Shown here: positions 35,203 through 43,057 of the stretch, one piece after another
Layout of the letters: each line of letters starts with the position of its first letter
How positions within the stretch are numbered: position 1 is the first letter of the stretch
Source of the DNA: Macrostomum lignano
Taxonomy: Eukaryota
Direction of reading: 5' to 3'
Length of the DNA: 64,000 nt
NCBI GenBank assembly: GCA_002269645.1
Contig: NIVC01000010.1
Coordinates: 1,240,001-1,304,000, forward strand
The notes under the pieces: model-generated
The model's database searches: none
The model's input: only the letters and a program-made list of their open reading frames with translations
What the model was told of the DNA's origin: nothing
Made by a program: the position numbers and the translations under genes

Positions 35203-37650
35203 CTAAGACTCGTACCTGAGCTCGGGATCTGCTTCAGCCGTCGCAACTCGCTCCGCTCGAGAACTGCGCCAGAGACCGGGGCTCAGCGCGAGCGACGCCT
35301 GCTCAAGCAACCGGGCCGCCGTTGACTCATTGAGGCAGGCCCTGCGCAGATCTTCCGGCTGCGCCTTGGCCCGGCCGAAGTAGCGCAGCAGAAACAGCAG
35401 CATGTGGCGGGGATGCGTCAGGCAGCGCGACAGCGGGTCGCTCAGCAGCTGCCAGGACCCCGGCATATGGTGAGCTCGAAACTGAAAGTCGTGCCTCAGC
35501 GCTGCCAGAGTGGCCGTTTTGAGCAGGGTCATGACGATCGGGTTGCTGGAGGCACCGCGGTTGATGGTGCCGACCGCCGCGCTGCTGTCGACGTAGCAGG
35601 CCACCTTGCCGCCGGCCAGCTGCTCCTGGAACAGAATGATGGCGAGCAGCGGCAGTACCGTCTCCTTGGCGTTGATGTGCTCGCTCAGGAAGATGCCACC
35701 GGCGTCACTGCAGAAGTCGACGAGGCGGAACTCGCGCTGGCCATCAGAGGTGCTCAGGATCATGCCACCGGCACTGACGCAGGCGTCCGTCTCGACCGCT
35801 GCCAGCACTCGTGCACGCCGCCACAGCTTGTCGGTCGGGAACACTGGGATTGCATGCTGCCAGAACTGCAACTGGGCCAGTAGCTCGCCGCGCACCGGTA
35901 CTCGATGATGCTGCTCAGGAATAGCGATGGTTATCTCCAGGAGCGCGCGAAGCAGGGCCTTTGCAGGTTTGGCCACTTTGCAGAACCAGTTCAGTTTGCC
36001 GACTAGGTGCTGAAGGCGACGTTTTTGCAGGCTCTTCGAGTTGGCGCAGTCCTGGAGAAGTTCTCGAAGGCCGTCCATCTTCTCGGCGGGCAGTGACAGC
36101 AGGCCAGTCAATGTGTCGATCTGCACACCCAGGAAAGTGACCGAAGTGGCTGGGCTCTGCGTCTTGGCCCAGTTGATCTCAAAGCCGAGGCGCTGCAGGG
36201 TGACCAGCAGAAAATTGTGCAGCTGCAGGCAGACCTCGTAGTCCCGGGCAGCTATGCAGAAATCGTCGAGGTATGCGATGACGACGAATTTGGACAGATG
36301 CGAGAATTGCCTGTACATAAAGCGCTTGACAGCTTGCGTTAGGCGGTGGAAAATGTTGACTGATGCCGCCGCACCGAATGGGAGTCGCGTGTCAACCAGA
36401 TAAGTGGGCTGACCGTCCAGCTCGAACGTCCACCGGAGCCCCGTCGCCTGATAGCAGTCTGGGTGCACCTGAACACTTCGGTAGGCGTGGCGTAGGTCGA
36501 CCTTGCTGATGAACCAGCCTGGTGCCAGCTGCCTGGTGAGATCCTCGACATTGGCAAACTTCATCTTCTGGCGGGGCTTGTACAGATCGTTGAGGCTGTT
36601 GCCCTGTGGCGCGGACGCGTCGTGAATCAGGCGGATGGCGCCGTCTGCCTTCGGGACGGCGCCCAGTGGGCTGATGATGGTCGGCCTGGCGATGCCCAAG
36701 TCAGTTGCGCTGATGTACCGGCCAGCCACGACCTCCTCTCTGATCCGCAGCTCAACGGCATTCCGATTTGCCTCGCAGCAGGCGGATGCATGATTTTCGA
36801 GCTGGGATTCGCTGGTCGGAGCCGCGTCGGTGATGCGAAAGCCATCGCGAATTCCCGCGATCAGAAACTCCGCGTCCGAGTCTCCGAGCAGGACTGGTGT
36901 CCAAGCAGCAGTTAACAGCGGCCAACGTTTTCGGAGTGCAGCCACCGGGCCGGCAACAGGGCCGGCAGCAGCGCCGGCAGCGGGGCCGGCGGCAGGGCCG
37001 GCGGCAGGGCCGGCGGCAGGGCCGGCGGCAGGGCCGGCGGCAGGGCCGGCGGCTGGGCCGGCGGCAGGGCCGGCAGCAGGGCCGGCAGCAGGACCGGCAG
37101 CAGGGCCGGCAGCAGGACCGGCAGCAGGGCCGGCAGCAGGACCGGCAGCAGGGCCGGCAGCAGGGCCGGCAGCAGGACCGGCAGCAGGGCCGGCAGCAGG
37201 ACCGGCAGCAGGGCCGGCAGCAGGACCGGCGGCAGGGCCGGCAGCAGGAACGGCAGCAGGACCGGCGGCAGGAACGGCAGCAGGACCGGCGGCAGGGCCG
37301 GCAGCAGGACCGGCAGCAGGGCCGGCAGCAGGACCGGCGGCAGGGCCGGCAGCAGGGCCGGCAGCAGGGCCGGCAGCAGGGCCGGCGGCAGGGCCGGCGG
37401 CAGGGCGAGTGGCAGGGCGAGTGGCATGGCGAGCGGCAGTGCGAGCGGCAGGGCGAGCGGCAGGGCGAGCGGCAGGGCGAGTGGCACGTCGAGCGGCAGG
37501 GCGAGCGGCAAGGCGAGTGGCAGGGCGAGCGGCAGGGCCAGTGGCAGTGCGAGCAGCTGTCTCGCATGGAATTAAAATTTTGGACTGTCTATCAGACGCC
37601 GTCCGCTTAGGGCTAAAACTGGTGCCGCCGCGACCCGCCTCTTTGCTCAG
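35203..37650 (-). CDS. DIRS-type RT + RNase H, with an upstream repeat-encoded (PAAG)n linker; no ATG start of its own
   Basis: [39 protein letters not shown]; RNase H ETDA, HINAKE, VDS. The frame is open from about 37650 to 35203; the track start at 36945 is a GTG. Confidence 0.85.
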   Translation of the reverse strand: MSKEAGRGGTSFSPKRTASDRQSKILIPCETAARTATGPAARPATRLAARPAARRATRPAARPAARPAARTAARHATRPATRPAAGPAAGPAAGPAAGPAAGPAAGPAAGPAAGPAAGPAAGPAAVPAAGPAAVPAAGPAAGPAAGPAAGPAAGPAAGPAAGPAAGPAAGPAAGPAAGPAAGPAAGPAAGPAAGPAAGPAAGPAAGPAAGPAAGPAAGPAAGPAAGAAAGPVAGPVAALRKRWPLLTAAWTPVLLGDSDAEFLIAGIRDGFRITDAAPTSESQLENHASACCEANRNAVELRIREEVVAGRYISATDLGIARPTIISPLGAVPKADGAIRLIHDASAPQGNSLNDLYKPRQKMKFANVEDLTRQLAPGWFISKVDLRHAYRSVQVHPDCYQATGLRWTFELDGQPTYLVDTRLPFGAAASVNIFHRLTQAVKRFMYRQFSHLSKFVVIAYLDDFCIAARDYEVCLQLHNFLLVTLQRLGFEINWAKTQSPATSVTFLGVQIDTLTGLLSLPAEKMDGLRELLQDCANSKSLQKRRLQHLVGKLNWFCKVAKPAKALLRALLEITIAIPEQHHRVPVRGELLAQLQFWQHAIPVFPTDKLWRRARVLAAVETDACVSAGGMILSTSDGQREFRLVDFCSDAGGIFLSEHINAKETVLPLLAIILFQEQLAGGKVACYVDSSAAVGTINRGASSNPIVMTLLKTATLAALRHDFQFRAHHMPGSWQLLSDPLSRCLTHPRHMLLFLLRYFGRAKAQPEDLRRACLNESTAARLLEQASLALSPGLWRSSRAERVATAEADPELRYES
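36948..37555. repeat. 12-bp GC-rich minisatellite (~50 units: GGCCGGCAGCAG type, then GGCGAGYGGCAG type) inside the Ngaro-like element
   Basis: Directly visible; gives long repetitive ORFs on both strands. Confidence 0.95.
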
Positions 37651-38692
37651 TTTTTTGATTCGGCAGCCACCGAGCTGTGTTGCAGCTTTGAGTGGCTCCC
37701 TTCGCAGATGCGGCAGATGTGGGCGAAATTGCAGGTGTGTCTGTGACAGCCTTTGTTGCTATTGAACAAGCCGCAGATGACCTGTCCAGCGGATGACAGC
37801 TGGCCCCTGCTACGGTGACCCTGGACTCCTTGACCGACCGCGACTGGGCCAGCAGCTCGCAGGTTTTTGGGCGCCGTCATATGCTTGATGATGAGGTTCA
37901 GATCGGGGCTGTCCCAGTCGCGCTGTCGCGAGTGCTGCTGCAGCCTCATGTCCTGGTCGTACTGGAGCACCACCTTCCAGTCGTAGCCAGCGTCGATCAG
38001 CTCGCCGATGTGGATGTTAAAGTTGAGGTAGGCGTTCAGACTCTTGCAGTCGGGCTGTCCATCCGTACCGGGCGCCACCAGCTGGCCGGTCTCCAGCAGT
38101 CGCTGCATGATCCGCGCGTTGGCAGCCACCCACTGGCCGAAGTTGACTCCGGACAGGCTCGGCGTTGCGCCTTTCAGAGTCAGGCGACCACGTTCCTGTG
38201 TCAGCCATCCTCCGACTGCTGCCTCTCGTCCAGAAATTCCGGGATGAGCAGCGCTGATGGTGGCCGCTGGGCTCCGGCCGAATCAAACCTCGGTTGTCGG
38301 CTCTGGTCCCCGAACAGGCTGGCGTAGATGTCCGGCCCTCCTCTGGCCAGCGGGGGCGATGCGGCGCCACTGCGGATCGACTGCACTTCATCCCGCAACT
38401 GGGCCTCAGCCTTCTGCAATTTAAGCAGCTCGATCCTCTTCTGAGTCTGCCGAATCTGCGCTTCTGTGGCCTCCTCCGCTGGCGCAGCCCGGCGCACGTC
38501 ATCCTCGTCCTGGTCGTCGTCACCGTCGTCATCGCTGGGAGCTCGTTCGGCCTGGCTTGCAGCGAGCAGGCGGCCTATCAGCTCTTCTTTATTGCCACTT
38601 GTAGGTAAGGCCTTCTCGCGTAAGGCATCTTTGAGGGCCTGCACGGTCATGCTGCCCAACGTAGAGTCCATTGTGAGTGCAGTGCTTGGCAA
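37647..38692 (-). CDS. Gag-like ORF of the Ngaro-like element: N-terminal SAP motif, C-terminal C3H/CCHC-like zinc finger, one frameshift near 38205
   Basis: MTVQALKDALREKALPTSGNKEELIGRLL (SAP); LLIPEF; after a -1 shift LTLKG..LSGVNFGQWVAANARI; CGLFNSNKGCHRHTCNFAHICRICEGSH. Confidence 0.8.
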
Positions 38693-39286
38693 ATCAGGCA
38701 GGCTAAAAATATTTTGCCAAAATTACGCCGACTCAGCGGCCGCGACGCGTGACTAAATAGCACAGAGCGGGGGGGAGGCTGCCCTAAGCCCTGCACGCAC
38801 GCAGAGCACCAGCACCCCACCAACCCACCAAAGCGAGGCCGGACCGGTGCGGGGGGGTTTAAAACCAGTTAGAGTCAGATACCTGCCTCAAACTGACGTA
38901 CAAAATTAAGCGTCTACAGTCCAATCGTTTCCCCATTTCTTGCTAAGGACGCTTTCGTTGGCAACGCATCGGCGCTTATGCTTAGCTGGTGGGGATTTTT
39001 AGACCAAGTGGAGCTGGCAGATTATCAGATCCGACTGATAGACGTTGGGCAGAGTTTTGTAGCACGCGACTGGCTCAGTGTTGGCGGCTCCAATGTGCAG
39101 TCGTTGCGCTTCGGTGACTTGTCGCTGGGCACCGGCAGAATCTACCGAGTCGAGGTGCGGGCAGTGAACGTCCTTGGTAAAATGAGCGAAACTGTAGCTC
39201 ACGAGTTCCGAGTTGACGGCAAGCCTCCTAAACTGACAGGTTGGTTGCTTCATTGAGTTTTCGAATTGATATCATACTTGCATAAA

Positions 39287-39505
39287 GGGGTTGTAGCCCA
39301 GTGGTCAGAGCGTCGGACTCACGACTTGAAAGTCGGGGGTTCGATTCCCGATCCCACTGGAACAATTTTTGTCCTTGAGCAAGACACTTAACTCTGCATT
39401 GCTTCAGTTCCCACCAGCTGTAAAATGGGTGCCAGCATTAGCTGGGGTAACTGAGGGTGTGTGGCGACCCCCCATGGACTGAACAGCCGGACGCAGCCTT
39501 CCGAT
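39287..39505 (+). mobile_element. tRNA-derived CORE-SINE, copy 2
   Basis: tRNA-like head plus GTCCTTGAGCAAGACACTTAACTCTGCATTGCTTCAGTTCCCACCAGCTGTAAAATGGG; 3' tail shared with the copy at 15260. Confidence 0.85.
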
Positions 39506-40028
39506 GTTTTTTATTGTATAAAACTTGGCTAGGGAATTTACAAACGATTATAACAAACCAACTCTTTCAGGAAAGAAATGGCTTGTGAGCTACAATTCAG
39601 ACAGGCGTCAACTCACAGTGGACTGGCTCGGCGTGTTTCACTCCGCCAGCGATCTCGTCTTCGAAGTGACCGTAGAAACTGCGCCCTCGTTTGGCGACAT
39701 CTACAGATGGCAGGCAACCGGACAACACAGCTTGGTGCTGAAAGCGATCGACCCTGCTCAGCAGAGGCTGTTCATGCGACTAACCGCTGTCAATGAGGCT
39801 GGGATTTCTAGCTGGTTGTATAACGAGATTACAGTCTAGTTGACTCATAAGAATTCAGAACGATCATGCTAAAGTTCTTCGATATTTGATTTGATGTTAA
39901 TTAAACAGTTTAATTATATTCTATACTTGGTTAATATTTTTTTAGAAATTTATATTATTAACATATTTTTTATTCCTTTCATACTCTAGGCTTTGAAAAT
40001 CAGTGATTTATTTTAAAGTACTTTACTA

Positions 40029-40797
40029 TAGCTTTTTGCAGCCCATTTGGGCTTACGGGCATTTAATTTAATCCAAGATACGTTTGCCAATGTAACGGAG
40101 CTTTTGTCTATGGTAGCAAGGCTGGCACAGCGGCATTTAATTTGGTCCAACAAGCATCAATTTGGTCCAAACACTCGTGAGCCATTCGGCAAACTCCTGC
40201 CTTCTCGCAACCGTCTGCGGGTTGTTGCGCACCGCTGGAATGTCAGTGTCTCTACCGACAATTTTCTGTCGCTTTTCCAGAGCTCTGCTGATAGCCGAAC
40301 TCTGATAACCAACTGAAACTGTTCCTTCAACTTCTTTCCTTCAACTTCTGCTGCATTTTCTGCAGCATCAACAAATGGTTCGTCTCAATTGTATCGAGTA
40401 GCAGTTGGACCTGAAGCTCTCGAGCAACTTGCCCTGGCGATTGCCACCCATTTGCAGGCGATTTCTGCCGGCAGATTTTCAACGCGCTGATGGATGCTGA
40501 AAACCATCTTTTCTTTTACATTCAGCAGCCTTTGGGTGTTCTCCTCTGTCGAGCGCTTCGATCACAAGCCTAATGGCATTCGTTTGACAGCCTTGCATAT
40601 GGTTCACAATTCTGTGGCTGATCTTGCTCCTCCGCAGCAGTTGCTAATGAAGCTATGGACCAAATTGAATGCTTGTTGGACCAAATTAAATGCCGCTGTG
40701 CCAGCCTTGCTACCATAGATAAAAGCTCCGTTACACTGGCAAACGTATCTCGGATTAAATTAAATGCCCGTAAGCCCAAATGGGCTGCAAAAAGCTA
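40029..40797 (-). mobile_element. Internally deleted Tc1/IS630-like DNA transposon with ~141-bp TIRs and TA TSD
   Basis: 40029-40169 is the reverse complement of 40656-40797; TA on both flanks; internal minus-strand relic SAISRALEKRQKIVGRDTDIPAVRNNPQTVARRQEFAEW resembles the HTH-to-DDE linker of IS630/Tc1 transposases. Confidence 0.85.
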
Positions 40798-41449
40798 TAT
40801 TGATCTGTTTAGAAATTGACTGCATATAAACATATAGTTTATGATGATTGGTATATAATAATGATCGAGCAGATGATTCAATTTCTATGGCCAATCGAAT
40901 TTTACTGTGAGATTTACTTGTGTGTTAAAGTACAGCGCTCGATACATGTATGTCACAACAAACTCTGCAATAAAATTTTAATGTATTTGACAGTTCTAAT
41001 TTACGAGTATTCTAAATCGAGAGCCAGCTAATTGAGCTATTTTTCTATAAAACCTGATTGACAAATGAAATACAGAATACAAGCTAAATAAGACTTAGCC
41101 ATATCATATTGCAGCAGATCACAGAATTTTGTGTGCCTGCAATCGTAAATACGGCGCCTATACCAAAAATAATCAATTTAGAATAGTTTATTGATATATT
41201 TAGTAGCCACATGTACTTGTGCAGAATCATAAAAACGCATTGTTGTTATTACAACATATTATAGCGAAACAAATATATGCATTTAATTTCTGGATTAATA
41301 ATTTAAAAAGCAGATTCTTTCAGAAAAGCTGGAAAATAATCAACACAAACTATAAAAATTTCAAGATCAAGTTTGCAGTCTGCGTTGCAAAAAATTTACT
41401 GTACGCATCGTGATCAATTCGTGACGGATTCTGTTCATCTCATCGGTTA

Positions 41450-43057
41450 TCACTTTTCCTCAGCCTCCGCCTTCTTGGCTTCAGCAGTCTTGGTGGCAAT
41501 CGCGGCTTTCAGTAGCTGCTCCTCTGAAAAGAACATTCCGTGAATACCGGAGGGCACTGAGACGCCCTTGAAGTCGACCTTGGCCACCTCAGTCATGTTC
41601 TTGGCATCCAGAATGACAAGGAACAGAGACCGTTGATCCACAGTGCCCACTACAGAGGCGAGCAGAAGGCCATGGTCTTCACTACAGCGATCAGGATGCT
41701 CAACGAATATCGCCTCGGATGGTTCGCAGCCTGGAGCATTCCATTGCAGAACTTCCTCGGTCTGCCAGTCCAGCTTCACGATGCTGGAGTTGGACGATGC
41801 GGCAGCAGACGCCTCGGTGGTAGACATAGATTTGCCAACACCATAGCCGTAGCGGTATGGCTCACCGTTGTACCGGTAGTTTATCTGGGGAAACTCGATG
41901 GCCAGTCGACACGCAGGCTCCGTGCATTTCACGATCTCAGTGCTGCCAAGCTTCAGTCGGTAGCGACGAAGCGTCACATCTGTCTTTGGCAGCTCACTCA
42001 GCTGCTGCATCTCTTTCAGCGACAGTCGCTTAATTAAATCTCCAGACTTGTAGGCGCTGAGATCCATGACGATCTCTACACTTCCGTCCTTGCATTCCAC
42101 CTCGTATGCGTTCATGTGATGGAAGGTGAAAAAGGCCTCGGCTGTTAGCGTCTGCACTAGCTTGCCGTCGGCGCGAGACACGACGTGAAGCAAAGAGCCG
42201 TAGCCGTCATGCCAGTTCAGACAGTCTCCGTAAGACAAACCGAATGTTCCTGCGGCTATGAGGCGCGGAATGTTCAGCGCTAAAGGCGACTCAACCAGAA
42301 CTAGATAGTTGCGAGTCATGGCGAAGCTGTGAAAATACGCTGGATTGAAGCGCCACCTCGACGGTATTTTTGCTACAACTTCGGCTTTATCCAAGCCTCC
42401 GGGCGGGATGCGTGCGAATATGTACTGCGGACCCTCACGATCACGGAATGCTGTGCCGACGTTCAGAACACTGCCGTTCGACTCAATGTGCGGGTGTGCC
42501 GTCACTGTGTTGATTGGTATTACCTTGTTCAGGTCGACTTTTTCCAGACGGTCTAAAGTCCTGGGATCGATTCGGTTAAGAAAGTTGGTCTCGGTAGTGG
42601 CGTAAACTTGATCTCCAATCGGAAAGATGTTCACGAAGGTGTTGTCAGACACCATCGACCTTAGTTTTGCCTCCTCCTCGCTTGGCCAGAAATAAGAAGC
42701 GAACCGTCCTAGCCACGATTTGCACGGATCTGGAAACGTCCGCGTGCCGAACTCGCTGACAACGATGCGCTTGTACGCCATGTTTGTCGTGTACGCGTCC
42801 GAACGGAGGAATTGGCTAGTGAACTCCACCTGACCGTTCGAGATGCTGAACTTTCGCAACAGTGCCAGCCCATCGAAGTAGTGATGGTACTGAGTGTCGC
42901 CCACTTCAAACAGACCCGGTCCATTCCGAATGAGGCTGCCGTTCAGCCAGGTGGGTACAGAGCCTCCGTCTCGGACTACTCCTCGCACTGGTTCGGTGTT
43001 CTCTCCGCTGGCAGACGTGTACAAAGCGGCACCCAGGTTAGTTAATTTATCGGACAT
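41450..43057 (-). CDS. Carotenoid cleavage oxygenase (BCO1/BCO2/RPE65/NinaB family), intronless
   Basis: 535 aa; WLNGSLIRNGPG, HYFDGLA, EFGT..FPDPCK, DNTFVN; four iron-ligand His in AHPH, YFHSF, FHHMNAYE and GIHG. Confidence 0.96.
   Translation of the reverse strand: MSDKLTNLGAALYTSASGENTEPVRGVVRDGGSVPTWLNGSLIRNGPGLFEVGDTQYHHYFDGLALLRKFSISNGQVEFTSQFLRSDAYTTNMAYKRIVVSEFGTRTFPDPCKSWLGRFASYFWPSEEEAKLRSMVSDNTFVNIFPIGDQVYATTETNFLNRIDPRTLDRLEKVDLNKVIPINTVTAHPHIESNGSVLNVGTAFRDREGPQYIFARIPPGGLDKAEVVAKIPSRWRFNPAYFHSFAMTRNYLVLVESPLALNIPRLIAAGTFGLSYGDCLNWHDGYGSLLHVVSRADGKLVQTLTAEAFFTFHHMNAYEVECKDGSVEIVMDLSAYKSGDLIKRLSLKEMQQLSELPKTDVTLRRYRLKLGSTEIVKCTEPACRLAIEFPQINYRYNGEPYRYGYGVGKSMSTTEASAAASSNSSIVKLDWQTEEVLQWNAPGCEPSEAIFVEHPDRCSEDHGLLLASVVGTVDQRSLFLVILDAKNMTEVAKVDFKGVSVPSGIHGMFFSEEQLLKAAIATKTAEAKKAEAEEK

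Larger units (their letters stand above)
34693..38900 (-). mobile_element. Ngaro/PAT-type (DIRS order) retrotransposon with split direct repeats, lacking tyrosine recombinase, inserted in a coding exon without TSD
   Basis: Minus-strand order A1 (38900-38705), gag, RT/RH, B1 (35097-35014), A2 (35013-34818), 41-bp spacer, B2 (34776-34693). A copies are 196 bp and B copies 84 bp, identical by eye. Joining the flanks restores the host frame GCC TCC GCT G|CA AAA TTA AGC. Confidence 0.92.
10412..39839 (+). pseudogene. Giant multi-exon gene for a secreted EMI/EGF + FN3/Ig-like repeat protein (rough exon tally ~3,400 aa), disrupted in this copy
   Basis: Signal-peptide exon MFRTEFKIVQILVVILLSAPSTF (10412-10482, GTGAG donor); exons with CCPGW and EGF-like Cys patterns (11.16-11.9 kb). 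Many GT-AG exons then repeat the module D.(S/T)PP..G.V.DG...D.D.Q......W.GF.DPESGI..Y...G (e.g. 15060-15190, 22360-22560, 24010-24200, 25650-25900, 27200-27300). A carbohydrate-binding-like segment lies at 26140-26400; stop at 39837-39839. Two TE insertions and one frameshift lie in exons. Confidence 0.8.

Noticed and set aside
35404-36915. Plus-strand ORFs opposite the Ngaro RT, checked as a hidden tyrosine recombinase
   Set aside because: No R...H-x-x-R...H/W...Y catalytic pattern seen.
39287-39360. Possible genuine tRNA-Val(CAC)/Met gene (also at 15260)
   Set aside because: Poor acceptor-stem pairing, no oligo-T terminator, and it runs directly into the CORE-SINE body.
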